DNA from: Bermanella sp.
GTDB lineage: Bacteria; Pseudomonadota; Gammaproteobacteria; Pseudomonadales; Oceanobacteraceae
NCBI GenBank assembly: GCA_029938135.1
Contig: JAPYOO010000001.1
Coordinates: 1,638-65,637, forward strand
Direction: 5' to 3'
DNA: 64,000 nucleotides
Position 1 is the first letter of the stretch. Every line of letters starts with the position of its first letter. The notes under the pieces are model-generated. The model saw only the letters and a program-made list of their open reading frames with translations, was not told the DNA's origin and searched no databases. Made by a program: the position numbers and the translations under genes. Shown here piece after piece: positions 27,074-37,014 of the stretch.

Positions 27074-27634
27074 ATGCCTGACACTCCAGCGTACCTTAAA
27101 GATTCAGCCCAATTACTCACCCAAGCAGGCTTTGCTACGTGCCAGACTTGGTATCACGGCACCGCTAGCGGATTAGTCTCTTCTATTATGGAGCAAGGCC
27201 TTAAGCAATCGGGTGATAGCGAATTAAAGCTAAAAGCTAAAAGCATGATAACCACCGTTGGCGGTTCTGTTACAGAACATAAAGAACCTGTATTTTTAAC
27301 GCAAAGCAAAGAGTTGGCTTATTTTTGGGCATGTGCCACCAGTGAAAACCGTAACAAATTTTTTGCCAAAGACGATAAGCCCGTAGTACTCGCTATTACC
27401 CTGCCTACTGAGGTAAATGAAACCATAAAACCTGATGTAGGTGCCGCTGCAGTAATATTAGCCGGTGGTAACGATTACCTAGATGAACTTGAAAGCATAT
27501 ACAAAAAAAATAACTTAACGGCGCCTAAAATTAACCCTAATACTGCCGACAGAATGGAATATTTAACTCTATTAGGAATGGCTTACAGTAAAAACAACAT
27601 TGCTGCTGAATACATTAAGGTAGTGTCTCAGTAA
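27074..27634 (+). CDS. Hypothetical protein with ADP-ribosyltransferase (Tpt1/PARP-like) fold motifs
   Basis: WYHGT...I...GL, VFLT...LA..WA, C-terminal IAAEYI. Confidence 0.6.
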   Translation: MPDTPAYLKDSAQLLTQAGFATCQTWYHGTASGLVSSIMEQGLKQSGDSELKLKAKSMITTVGGSVTEHKEPVFLTQSKELAYFWACATSENRNKFFAKDDKPVVLAITLPTEVNETIKPDVGAAAVILAGGNDYLDELESIYKKNNLTAPKINPNTADRMEYLTLLGMAYSKNNIAAEYIKVVSQ

Positions 27635-27658
27635 AATCTATTCAGACTTTGAGCGCCT

Positions 27659-28117
27659 TTAGTGATTGTAATGCTTGGTATTTTTAAAGGTGCTGGCATT
27701 AAAATTGGGGTAAGCGGCTTCTCGCATTACAGTGGCCATAACCCTATACGTGCTTGACCAGGCCGCCCTTAATTCAGGGGTAAAGGCATCCGCCAAGCCC
27801 GTTTCTAGGGTTTTAATGAGTGCATTTCCCACTGGCGTGTAATCCTCTAATTTAACACCGTATTCTACGTGCTTGATTGCCATTTTTTGTAATACGGGCA
27901 CCAAAGCATCTAAATTATCTAAGGTATTCACCGCCAGCTTCAAGGCTGCCATGAGTTTTTTACCCTGGCTCTTCATATCCCCTTTAAATAAAACCTTCAA
28001 CGATGGATCGTAAGAGAATAGCGTGTCATAAAAAATACCGGCCGCTACATCACTGATGGGCTCTACTTTTTTGAAACTATCTCTTACTAATTGCTTTTGA
28101 CGCTCTGTAATTGCCAT
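27659..28117 (-). CDS. Single-domain 3/3 globin (flavohemoglobin globin-like)
   Basis: FYDTLF..DP....LF, Q..KL, KHVEYGV (proximal His), VG.AL..TL, AW...Y. Confidence 0.88.
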   Translation of the reverse strand: MAITERQKQLVRDSFKKVEPISDVAAGIFYDTLFSYDPSLKVLFKGDMKSQGKKLMAALKLAVNTLDNLDALVPVLQKMAIKHVEYGVKLEDYTPVGNALIKTLETGLADAFTPELRAAWSSTYRVMATVMREAAYPNFNASTFKNTKHYNH

Positions 28118-28199
28118 TCTACCGACGCTCCTTCGCTACTTTTTCCCTTTCCTTGAGCATAGATGGAATCTGTTTGATGGCAAATGTTTATAAAAAGCA

Positions 28200-29453
28200 T
28201 TATTTTTTGCGACGTGAATTACCCGTTTTTTTACCAAAAGCCCGGTCCTTTTGGCGACGTGCCTGAGCACTTCGAGTATTTTTACGAGTCGGAGCCGCTG
28301 TTTTAGTGAGATCCGGTTCAAACCCTTCTAACCATTGCTGCGCTAAACGCTCACCCAGCACCGCTTCAACCTCTTCTAATAGGTAATTCTCTGATGGACT
28401 CAGTAAAGAAATCGCTAAACCAGAACCGCCCGCTCGCCCAGTACGTCCAATACGATGAATGTAATCTTCTGCTATAAAAGGCAATTCGTAATTAATCACA
28501 TACTCTAGAGACTCTATATCCAACCCCCTAGCTGCCACATCTGTCGCCACTAATACGCGCACATCACCATCTTTAAATTCTTGAAGGGCTCTTTCTCGGG
28601 CACCTTGGGATTTATCACCATGAATGGCCGATGTTTTCAAACCGTCTTTACACATTTCGCGGGCCAAATCATCAGCCCCAGCCTTAGTTCGAGTAAATAT
28701 CAAGACTTGCTGCCAGTTTTTAGACCCTATCAAGTAGGACACCAACTCGCGTTTACGATCTTCATCGACATTATAAACCAGTTGTTTAACGTCTACGGCG
28801 GCTGTGTTTTTCTCATCCACTTCAATTAAACAGGGGTTCTTTAATAAGCTCTTACTAAGCTTAAATATTTCATCATCAAATGTTGCTGAAAATAATAATG
28901 TTTGTCGCTCAACAGGTAGGTGCTTAAGGATTCGTTTTATATCTGTGATAAAACCCATATCCAGCATACGATCTGCTTCATCTAAAACAATTACCTGCAG
29001 TTGTTTTAGATCCACGACCCCTTTAAACATTAAATCAATTAACCTGCCGGGCGTCGCCACTAAAATATCAGCACCGTCTTGCAGTGCATCTACTTGCAGC
29101 TTTATGCTCACACCACCATAAGCAATGACCGTTTTTAAACCACTGCCTATCGCGTATTTCTTAAAACTGCTGCTTACTTGTTGGGCTAATTCACGCGTAG
29201 GGGTCAATACTAGCGCTTTAAGAAAGGTATTTTTTGTATCATCAGCAACACCTGCTTGCGCACATAATTGATGTATTATTGGCAGTGCAAATGCGGCTGT
29301 CTTACCCGTACCCGTCTGGGCACGAGCCATCACATCTTGTTTATTTAATACGGCAGGAATAGCCGCCAATTGAATAGGCGTAGGCTCATTGTATTCAAGC
29401 TTTTGTACGGTGTTAATTAGTGCTTGGTTTAAACCTAAAGAAACAAAACCCAT
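28200..29453 (-). CDS. DEAD-box RNA helicase (RhlE-like)
   Basis: PTPIQ, AQTGTGKT, PTRELA, TPGRL, DEAD, SAT, HRIGRTGR. Basic C-terminal tail. Confidence 0.92.
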   Translation of the reverse strand: MGFVSLGLNQALINTVQKLEYNEPTPIQLAAIPAVLNKQDVMARAQTGTGKTAAFALPIIHQLCAQAGVADDTKNTFLKALVLTPTRELAQQVSSSFKKYAIGSGLKTVIAYGGVSIKLQVDALQDGADILVATPGRLIDLMFKGVVDLKQLQVIVLDEADRMLDMGFITDIKRILKHLPVERQTLLFSATFDDEIFKLSKSLLKNPCLIEVDEKNTAAVDVKQLVYNVDEDRKRELVSYLIGSKNWQQVLIFTRTKAGADDLAREMCKDGLKTSAIHGDKSQGARERALQEFKDGDVRVLVATDVAARGLDIESLEYVINYELPFIAEDYIHRIGRTGRAGGSGLAISLLSPSENYLLEEVEAVLGERLAQQWLEGFEPDLTKTAAPTRKNTRSAQARRQKDRAFGKKTGNSRRKK

Positions 29454-29493
29454 GACGACTCACAAAAAATAATATTAAGGCACATTATAGCAT

Positions 29494-29880
29494 TTAATCT
29501 TGTTTATAATTTACAGAATGCTTTAAGTAATCTAGTTTTAATTTACTTAATTTTTCAACATATTTTGCCGATTTCAGCCAGCCTTCCAGCAACGGCACTA
29601 ATTTATCAGCCCACACTCGCCGAGGATTGAACACCATATAAAAAGGGTTTTCGTACAGACAGCCCGATACTCCAAGGTCCTTCATATACTTTTAAGCTCC
29701 CAACGAATGCACCGAATAGCTCCACTCTCAACAGACCATAAAGCCGCCCGACACCCTCAGGTGGTGATGCTTTCTATACGACTCTGGGCGCTGTTTTTTT
29801 GTGCTCGCAGGCATAGGGACACCAATCTGTGGTCGCCATATGAATAACAGCAAAGGAGCTTTTTTATAGTTTAGAAGACA
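29494..29880 (-). pseudogene. Decayed periplasmic substrate-binding protein (SBP family 3-like) remnant
   Basis: SSFA-VIHMATTDWCPYAC (29807-29839 core) is preceded by an in-frame TAA and followed by TAG. RAALWSVESGAI lies in another frame. C-terminal fragment YMVFNPRR..LVPLLEGWLKS..Y is track ORF 29494-29685. Confidence 0.55.
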
Positions 29881-29965
29881 AATGCATACCTGAAACAGCG
29901 CCGTGAAGGCATTATGATTACTGAGAATGACACTTAAGGCACGCCCTACTCAAGCTCCCTTTCAA

Positions 29966-30004
29966 AAAAAAGGCCGCAACACACAAGGGTGATGCGGCCT
30001 TTTT
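29966..30004 (-). terminator. Rho-independent terminator of apbE-nqrM-sthA
   Basis: AAAAAGGCCGCA...TGCGGCCTTTTT. Confidence 0.75.
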
Positions 30005-30020
30005 ATAGGTCATAAAGACA

Positions 30021-31415
30021 CTAGAATACGCGATTTAAGCCATTCAATGCCGCTATGCGATAAGCCTCAGCCATAGTGGGGTAATTGAATGTGTTATTCA
30101 CAAAATAATTCACTGTATTACCTGCACCTTTTTGCTTCATGATAGCCTGGCCGATATGTATGATCTCGGCCGCTTGGTCACCAAAGCAGTGCAACCCGAG
30201 TATTTCGAGGGTTTCACGATGAAAGAGGATTTTCAGCATACCAACACTTTCGCCAGTAATTTGGGCACGGGCAATGCTTTTGAAAAAGGCCTGACCCACT
30301 TCATATGGAACCTTCTCATTGGTGAGTTCGCGCTCAGTCTTACCCACCGAACTGATCTCTGGAATTGTATAGATGCCCGTAGGTACATCTGTCACAAACC
30401 AAAAATCATCGTCCCCAGCTAAGTGAGCCGCTGCCGAGCGACCTTGGTCATACGCTGCACTGGCAAGACTTGGCCAACCCACTACATCACCTACAGCATA
30501 AACATGATCGGCTGAGGTTTTGTAATTTTCATCCACTTCCACTTGGCCACGACTATTGGGTTTAATACCCACGACATCTAGACCTAAATCTAATGAATTT
30601 CCGGTTCGACCGGCAGCCCATAAAATAGCATCGGCTTTAATTTTTTTGCCAGATTCAAAATGCATCGTGACACTATTTTCTTCGGTGGTAACTGATTCAA
30701 ACAGCTCATTATGACGAATAAGTACACCATTATTACGTAAGTGATAACTCAGAGCATCACTGATTTCATCATCAAGGAAAGGCAATAAACGCTCACCTGG
30801 GTTGATTAAATCAACCTTAACCCCTAGACCACTGAATATTGAAGCGTATTCAGAGCCAATAACGCCAGCGCCGTAAATAACAATATTACGCGGGGTGTGC
30901 TCTAACTTTAAGATCGTATCTGAATCGTAAACACGCTCGTGGTTAAAGTCTATGGCGTCTGGGCGAAACGGAGTAGAACCTGTCGCCAATACTATTTGAT
31001 CCGCATGCAAACGAGTACTGGATTCCGGTCCGTCGGTAATCTCAATAGTATGGGTATCGATAAATTTACCGAAACCGTGATACAGGTGCACACGATTACG
31101 ACTATAAAATTCGGTGCGCAGCTTAACTTGCTTAGCGATAACACGCTCAGCCGTTTTCAACACTCTAGGGAAGCTAAACCATCGGGGTTCGCCAATATCA
31201 CGAAACATGGGATTGGTATTGTAAGAGATAATCTGCTTAACAGAATGCCTTAACGCTTTAGATGGAATCGTACCCCAATGCGTACAATTACCACCAACCA
31301 TAGGGGCCTTTTCAACCACAGCCACCTTTTTACCTTTTTTGGCTGCATTCATAGCAGCCCCTTCTCCGGACGGACCGGTACCCAGCACAATCACATCGTA
31401 ATGATAGTCAGCCAT
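30021..31415 (-). CDS. sthA: Soluble pyridine nucleotide transhydrogenase
   Basis: [49 protein letters not shown]. Confidence 0.96.
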   Translation of the reverse strand: MADYHYDVIVLGTGPSGEGAAMNAAKKGKKVAVVEKAPMVGGNCTHWGTIPSKALRHSVKQIISYNTNPMFRDIGEPRWFSFPRVLKTAERVIAKQVKLRTEFYSRNRVHLYHGFGKFIDTHTIEITDGPESSTRLHADQIVLATGSTPFRPDAIDFNHERVYDSDTILKLEHTPRNIVIYGAGVIGSEYASIFSGLGVKVDLINPGERLLPFLDDEISDALSYHLRNNGVLIRHNELFESVTTEENSVTMHFESGKKIKADAILWAAGRTGNSLDLGLDVVGIKPNSRGQVEVDENYKTSADHVYAVGDVVGWPSLASAAYDQGRSAAAHLAGDDDFWFVTDVPTGIYTIPEISSVGKTERELTNEKVPYEVGQAFFKSIARAQITGESVGMLKILFHRETLEILGLHCFGDQAAEIIHIGQAIMKQKGAGNTVNYFVNNTFNYPTMAEAYRIAALNGLNRVF

Positions 31416-31444
31416 GGTTTGAAACTCCTTATACTCTTTCGAGT

Positions 31445-31672
31445 TTAGCTCGCATCATATCCCAGCGCGCTACTTTTATTGTTTTTAGACTTTTTCACTT
31501 CGGTTTCACATATAGTCTGGTCGCCGCCACACACATCACAGGCAGACTCCATACCCACTGCACTCATGCCACCACAAGAACCGGTGATAGGTTTGCGCCC
31601 TATTATCAGGCCTACAGCCATTAATACGATAAATGTCAGCATAAATGTAAAGACAATTAGAAACGTGCCCAT
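31445..31672 (-). CDS. nqrM: Na+-NQR maturation factor NqrM
   Basis: [18 protein letters not shown].....CDVC...C (four Cys). ATG 31672 preferred. Confidence 0.88.
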   Translation of the reverse strand: MGTFLIVFTFMLTFIVLMAVGLIIGRKPITGSCGGMSAVGMESACDVCGGDQTICETEVKKSKNNKSSALGYDAS

Positions 31673-31685
31673 GAAACTACCTCGC

Positions 31686-32690
31686 TTATGGATTAACCCA
31701 GCGTTCAAATGCTGGGGTTAAATGTTCGATAAAACCATTTTCGGTGCGCATAATAAAATAACCGCGAATATTTTCTTGCCTGGCAAAAGTGACCGCTTTT
31801 TCTTCGCCCATTACCAGCATAGCAGTTGCTAACGCATCAGCTCGGGCGCAACTCTCATCAATTATGGTGACAGAGGCCAACTGGTGTTTTACGGGCTTAG
31901 CGGTAAATGGATCAATACTATGACTATAACGTTGACCATTTTCTTCAAAATAATTTCGATAATCCCCAGACGTAGCCATAGCAACATCCTGTAAAGCGAG
32001 TACTTTTTGAACCCGGCGTTCATGGATATCAGGGGCCTCTACCGCAACTTTCCAAGCTTGATTACCTGGCTTTTGTCCTTTAACACGTATCTCACCGCCT
32101 ATTTCAACCAAATAAGAGGTTATATTTAGCTCTTCTAATAATTGTGCAACTTGATCCACTGCAAAACCCTTTGCGATAGCTGACAGATCTAAATAGCGCT
32201 GACGTTGCTTTGATAAAGCTAAATCCACAAGCTTAATTGACTCAAGCCCTATTTTGCCACGCGCACGCTCTATCTGTTTGGCACTGGGCACCTGCAAAGA
32301 TTTTTCGTCCGGCCCGAATCCCCAAAGGTTCACTAGTGGCCCCACTGAAATATCAAAATACCCGTGAGTTAAACGATTAAGTGACAAAGATAAATCGATC
32401 ACTTGGGCAAATTGCGGACTAATTGATTGGGTGTATGGCGCAGAGGCCGAATTAAAAAGGCTTAATTCGCTATCCTCTTGATACGTGGACATTTGCGCAT
32501 TAATACGTATTAAAAGCTGTTTAATTTTTTCCTGAACCGTACTAGGCGTTACATTTTCAGTTTCTGGCCATAATACAGAGTAGCCAGTACCCATAGTGCG
32601 ACCTTGAATTTTTTCAATTTCATCACTTGAGAATGTACAGGCACTCAGGAATAAACACTGAGTAAGCAATAGTAGTAATACTAACTTCAT
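31686..32690 (-). CDS. apbE: FAD:protein FMN transferase ApbE
   Basis: Lipobox LSAC, GRTMGT, MSTY..DSELS, DLSAIAKGFAVD, ATSGDYRNY, ADALATA. Confidence 0.95.
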   Translation of the reverse strand: MKLVLLLLLTQCLFLSACTFSSDEIEKIQGRTMGTGYSVLWPETENVTPSTVQEKIKQLLIRINAQMSTYQEDSELSLFNSASAPYTQSISPQFAQVIDLSLSLNRLTHGYFDISVGPLVNLWGFGPDEKSLQVPSAKQIERARGKIGLESIKLVDLALSKQRQRYLDLSAIAKGFAVDQVAQLLEELNITSYLVEIGGEIRVKGQKPGNQAWKVAVEAPDIHERRVQKVLALQDVAMATSGDYRNYFEENGQRYSHSIDPFTAKPVKHQLASVTIIDESCARADALATAMLVMGEEKAVTFARQENIRGYFIMRTENGFIEHLTPAFERWVNP

Positions 32691-32823
32691 GAATCCACCT
32701 TGAAATAAGGGCGGATATTATAACCAAATTGCCATGGGAGCTCTATCAAAAGACACTATTTTAGCCATCCAAAATCAATAATGACCCCTAATGGCAAAAT
32801 TTATAAATAAAATCTCCTAGCGA

Positions 32824-33747
32824 TTAACTAGGAACCAATAAAGTATGTAGTTTATGCTCACCTCGAGCCGTTAGTTGCCAATAATTACGTAACCCTCCAT
32901 TTTGACTGGCAACATTTTCAATGACCCCCGCCCCTTTCAAATAAGCCTTTAAGCGCTGAAAGGCAATTTCGTTACAACGCACATCAGCCAAAGCATGAGA
33001 ATCGATAACTTTCTCTAAAAATGATTGCTGGTACTCGCTCGCTACAAAATCTTCCAAGACGCCGCGCATGCGATCCTCCGTTACAGGAGAAGTCATAAGG
33101 GTGGCTATATTAAAAAACGTTACCTCCCAAGACAGCGAGACCTCAACCCCAATTTCGTGGCAATTACCATGGGCAAATACTTTGCCGCTAAACCGCATGG
33201 GGTAACTTTCCATATCGAACAAGGTATCTGTAATAACATCCTGCATAGCTGGCTCGGCCGAGTGGCCACCACTACTTGTCAGTAGTTTTAAATGAGGTTT
33301 TAGATGATCGCGAAGCACTTGACGGGCAATGAGCAACAGATCTTCCTTGCTGTTCCAGTATTTAAAAATGCCCGACATCATCAAACGATGCAAAGACTTA
33401 AGCCTTTGAATGGCCTGATCTGAAAGGGACTTCAATTCAGCATTTTTTAAAAGCGCAACAATAGGTTTTTGCTTGCTGCGTGCATATACCGCTTCACGAT
33501 GAATAAAGCTTTCACCCGAATCAGAGATGCCGCCGTAGCTATCCCCCACCAATACAATGTAAATATCACATTCGTCGATTACAGAGCGTACTAACGGCCA
33601 GTCGTAATCACCTGAGTCAGTGCGGTAATAGCTTTGCACAGGCAAACCACCCAACTGCAAAACCACTCTATTTAAGGTGTACAGGTACTCACCCGTGTCT
33701 TTAGGGTCGGCGCTTATATAAACCAGTGGCCGCTTATTCTCAATCAT
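32824..33747 (-). CDS. DUF4062 domain protein with C-terminal winged-helix-like tail
   Basis: VYIS...IDECDIYIVLVGDSYG...HREAVYA..KPIVA. ATG 33747 preferred over 33768. Confidence 0.7.
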   Translation of the reverse strand: MIENKRPLVYISADPKDTGEYLYTLNRVVLQLGGLPVQSYYRTDSGDYDWPLVRSVIDECDIYIVLVGDSYGGISDSGESFIHREAVYARSKQKPIVALLKNAELKSLSDQAIQRLKSLHRLMMSGIFKYWNSKEDLLLIARQVLRDHLKPHLKLLTSSGGHSAEPAMQDVITDTLFDMESYPMRFSGKVFAHGNCHEIGVEVSLSWEVTFFNIATLMTSPVTEDRMRGVLEDFVASEYQQSFLEKVIDSHALADVRCNEIAFQRLKAYLKGAGVIENVASQNGGLRNYWQLTARGEHKLHTLLVPS

Positions 33748-33795
33748 TCCTTTATATCTTCTTTCCAATGCAAGCCAATGTCTTTGGCCAGTAAT

Positions 33796-34746
33796 TTAAA
33801 CCCAGGCCAGTAATTTGGCCATATACAATAATATGCTGATGCTAAGTGCTGAAAACAATGTACTTAAAACAATAATATTTGAAGCCAGAGTATGATTGCC
33901 ACCCAGTGCATGCACCATTACAAAACTGGCCGCGGCTGTGGGACTGGCAAACATGAATAAAATACAGCCTAGCTCAACGCCTCTAAAACCCATAAACCAA
34001 GCAGGTATAACGGCAAGCAGTGGCACTATAATAAGCTTAGCAAATACAGCCCAAGAGGCCACAACACTGCTCCCCTTGAGAGCACTTAAACTTAAGGAAC
34101 CGCCAATGGCGATCAATGCCAAAGGTAACGTCATGTTGGCCAAATAAGTGCCTGTATCATACAACACTTTAGGCAGTTTGAAATCCAGCTGTATGGCGAC
34201 AAACCCGAGGGCAATGGCAATAATAAGCGGATTTTTCAAGATATCCGTTAGCGTCTTCCCCATAGGAACCGCTTGCTGACCCTTTAAACTGGAATTTAAC
34301 GCATAAACAGACAATATATTATATACAGGGGTGACCACTGCAAGAATAACTGCCCCTATCGCCAAACCGTCTTGACCAAATTCTTTTGCGCATAGTGCAA
34401 AACCGATTATACCCAAATTACTGCGAAACGCGCCTTGAACGACGACACCGCGATCTACCAAAGGAACTCTGAAATGTGCCACCCACCAAAACAAAATAAA
34501 ACTACCGATGGCCGCAGTAACACAATAAAGCACTAAGGGTAACTGACTCCAAAGGCTCACTTGGTTCTGCAAAATTGAAAGGAATATTAACGTAGGCAAG
34601 CACACCTTAAAAACCAATGCAGAAGCACTGGCCACAAACGCGTCATCTATAATACCGCGCCTTTTTAAAACAAAACCCAGCAACACAATTACAAATACTG
34701 GACTCGTCACCGCCAGGCAATATGCTAGGGCATCCCAATATCCCAC
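33796..34746 (-). CDS. AEC (auxin efflux carrier) family transporter
   Basis: VFKVCLPTLIF, FRSNLGIIG, KNPLIIA, LPLALIAIGG, SPTAAASFVM. Confidence 0.88.
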   Translation of the reverse strand: MGYWDALAYCLAVTSPVFVIVLLGFVLKRRGIIDDAFVASASALVFKVCLPTLIFLSILQNQVSLWSQLPLVLYCVTAAIGSFILFWWVAHFRVPLVDRGVVVQGAFRSNLGIIGFALCAKEFGQDGLAIGAVILAVVTPVYNILSVYALNSSLKGQQAVPMGKTLTDILKNPLIIAIALGFVAIQLDFKLPKVLYDTGTYLANMTLPLALIAIGGSLSLSALKGSSVVASWAVFAKLIIVPLLAVIPAWFMGFRGVELGCILFMFASPTAAASFVMVHALGGNHTLASNIIVLSTLFSALSISILLYMAKLLAWV

Positions 34747-34929
34747 GCGCGCTCCTACTATAATCCTGCCCGTTGCTTATTTTAGCAATTATAGCCAAAT
34801 AACAACTAGGTATGTTAAGAATGGCCATACTAACACTTTTAGCGGATTCAAACCTGTACAATAAATAATCAATAGCATTTACTGCGAGCTATGCTAAAAT
34901 GCCGCCGCTTATAGGAAGGTACTCAGTTT

Positions 34930-35331
34930 ATGTCGCGCAGAAAAAAGTCACGCTCTTTAAAGAACAACCATAGCGGGTTAAAAACCGGCAGCAAAGAGCG
35001 CATGAAGATTGAAAGCAAGCAGCGTAAAGCGGCTAAAAAAGAAGCCAATCCTCGTAAAGTTAATCGTCAGCGCTCAGTGTACCAGCAGCAGTTGGATAAA
35101 AGTGGTCAAGTTGAATCTCAACACGTAGACCCTAAAGTTCCAACAGCTATTCAAGCTGCAATTAAAAAAGCTTTGCCTACAAGCCAAGATAGCGCCCCCA
35201 GCCCTGTTAAAGCGGTTAAGCGCCCAACACCGAAGCAAGTACCGGCTCCTGCACCACAAGTAACTGAGACACCAGTAAGCGAAGATCCTTGGGACTTACT
35301 TGAGACTCCTCAGAACAAAGATATCTTCTAA
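34930..35331 (+). CDS. Basic, disordered protein with YihI-like N-terminus
   Basis: MSRRKKSRS...GLKTGSK resembles Vibrio-type YihI. Pro/Ala-rich C-half. 2 nt from rlmG. Confidence 0.45.
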   Translation: MSRRKKSRSLKNNHSGLKTGSKERMKIESKQRKAAKKEANPRKVNRQRSVYQQQLDKSGQVESQHVDPKVPTAIQAAIKKALPTSQDSAPSPVKAVKRPTPKQVPAPAPQVTETPVSEDPWDLLETPQNKDIF

Positions 35332-35333
35332 AC

Positions 35334-36428
35334 ATGCAGCAGGACACATTGCAGTGCGTGACAGGCCAGTTTACGCTTTTGCGCCCTGGTACTAATGATC
35401 ACCAGGCCTTACGAGCCTGGGATGCTAGTGACGAATATCTAATCAACCTTGTCACCCAAAGACACCCTTTAGCAAAAATCACTTTAATTAATGACCAATT
35501 TGGCGCTCTAGGTGTAGCTTTAAGCAAACAAGTCAGCTGCTGGGTAAGCGACTCTTATTGCGCATCTGAAGCTCTAAATTTAAACCTTCAAAAAAACAGT
35601 GTAAATCCCTTACAGCAATTCTCACCACTGAGTAATTGGCCCAGTGAAGGCAATATAGCCGTTATAAAGCTGCCCAAAAACTTAAGTTATTTGCATTATT
35701 TAATTGAGAAATGCCAGCAGGCAAACATTACCACCCTGCTTATTGCAGGCATGATGAAACACCTGCCTAAAAACATCTTAGATTATTTACAGAAATTCGG
35801 CTCCGTTAAACGCCACCCCTTTGTAAAAAAGTCGACTATTTATGAGTTACAACTTGAGCAAGTTGCACCATCGAAATACCCTAAAGTTAATCAGTTTTCG
35901 GGCATTGAATTGGTTAGTCACGCCAACGTTTTTGGCCGCGACAAACTAGACCCTGGGGCTGATTTTTTTTTACAGCACCTCAATAAGTTACCAAAAGCAC
36001 ATTCTGTGGCTGACCTCTGCTGTGGGTCTGGCATCCTCGGCTTAAAGTATGCCCAAGATCATAAAGGCTCTAGCTTAGATTTCTATGATGAGTCGTTTAT
36101 GGCTGTTGAGAGCGCCCGCCTTTCTTGGCAAGCCAACAAACTACCCGAAAACGCACACTTTTACTGGGATGATGGAATCACCAATACGTCAAAGGCGAAT
36201 TACGACCTCATTCTGTGCAACCCTCCTTTTCACGAACAATTTACTGTGGGCGACCATATTGCAAAGCGCTTATTTAAAGATGCACAGCAAAGCCTTAACC
36301 CAAATGGTCGCATTATTGTGGTGGGGAATCGGCATTTGGGTTATCACAAAACACTGACTAAATACTTCAAAAACGTAGAACAAATTGCCGCCGACAGTAA
36401 ATTCATACTGCTTGCCGCATATGCTTAA
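35334..36428 (+). CDS. rlmG: 23S rRNA m2G1835 methyltransferase RlmG family
   Basis: LRAWDASDEYL, NDQFGAL, HANVFGRDKLD.GA, DLCCGSG, ILCNPPFH, VGNRHLGYH. Confidence 0.85.
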   Translation: MQQDTLQCVTGQFTLLRPGTNDHQALRAWDASDEYLINLVTQRHPLAKITLINDQFGALGVALSKQVSCWVSDSYCASEALNLNLQKNSVNPLQQFSPLSNWPSEGNIAVIKLPKNLSYLHYLIEKCQQANITTLLIAGMMKHLPKNILDYLQKFGSVKRHPFVKKSTIYELQLEQVAPSKYPKVNQFSGIELVSHANVFGRDKLDPGADFFLQHLNKLPKAHSVADLCCGSGILGLKYAQDHKGSSLDFYDESFMAVESARLSWQANKLPENAHFYWDDGITNTSKANYDLILCNPPFHEQFTVGDHIAKRLFKDAQQSLNPNGRIIVVGNRHLGYHKTLTKYFKNVEQIAADSKFILLAAYA

Positions 36429-37014
36429 CTACCACATCCCAACTCAGTTAAAATCAGTTGAAATTGAAGTAAAACGAAGTCGCTTCATTGCGTACGCACA
36501 ACACATACAAGGCATAGTTGACGCCAAACTTTTTATCCAGTCCCTAAAAGATAAATATCCAGATGCCCGCCACCACTGCCATGCATTTATTGGCGGCGCC
36601 CCCAACAACAGTAACCTCTATGGATTTAGTGATGACGGCGAACCTAGCGGCACAGCCGGCATGCCCATATTTACGCATTTAAAACACAGCGGTCTGGGGG
36701 AAGTTATTATTGTGATTGTGCGATATTTTGGGGGAACAAAGCTGGGAACGGGTGGGCTTGCCAGAGCTTATGGCGATGCAGCCAAACAAATATTACAAAA
36801 AATAAACACTCAAGAATTCATCGCCATGGAGGAAGTATACTTAACCATGTCGTTTGCCCTTGAGGCACAGGTTAGAAAAGAGTTACGGGTGATTGGCGGG
36901 AGCGTGAAAGAAGTATCATACGGTCACAAGGTCCATATTACAGCCGAGAAACCCATTCAGAATCCATTGAGCCTACCCTACTCGGTGGAAGTCTCTCCAG
37001 AGTCGACTATATAA
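36421..37014 (+). CDS. yigZ: YigZ/IMPACT family protein
   Basis: EVKRSRFIA, ARHHC.A, SDDGEPSGTAG.P, VRYFGGTKLGTGGL.RAY. ATG 36421 overlaps the rlmG stop. Confidence 0.92.
   Translation: MLNYHIPTQLKSVEIEVKRSRFIAYAQHIQGIVDAKLFIQSLKDKYPDARHHCHAFIGGAPNNSNLYGFSDDGEPSGTAGMPIFTHLKHSGLGEVIIVIVRYFGGTKLGTGGLARAYGDAAKQILQKINTQEFIAMEEVYLTMSFALEAQVRKELRVIGGSVKEVSYGHKVHITAEKPIQNPLSLPYSVEVSPESTI

Noticed and set aside
27074-28117. ART-like gene plus neighbour as a toxin-antitoxin pair
   Set aside because: The neighbour is a convergent globin, and no co-oriented small antitoxin, macrodomain or hydrolase gene is visible.
28118-28200. Possible FNR or NsrR box upstream of the globin (TTGATGGCAAATGT)
   Set aside because: Only one half-site matches TTGAT-N4-ATCAA.
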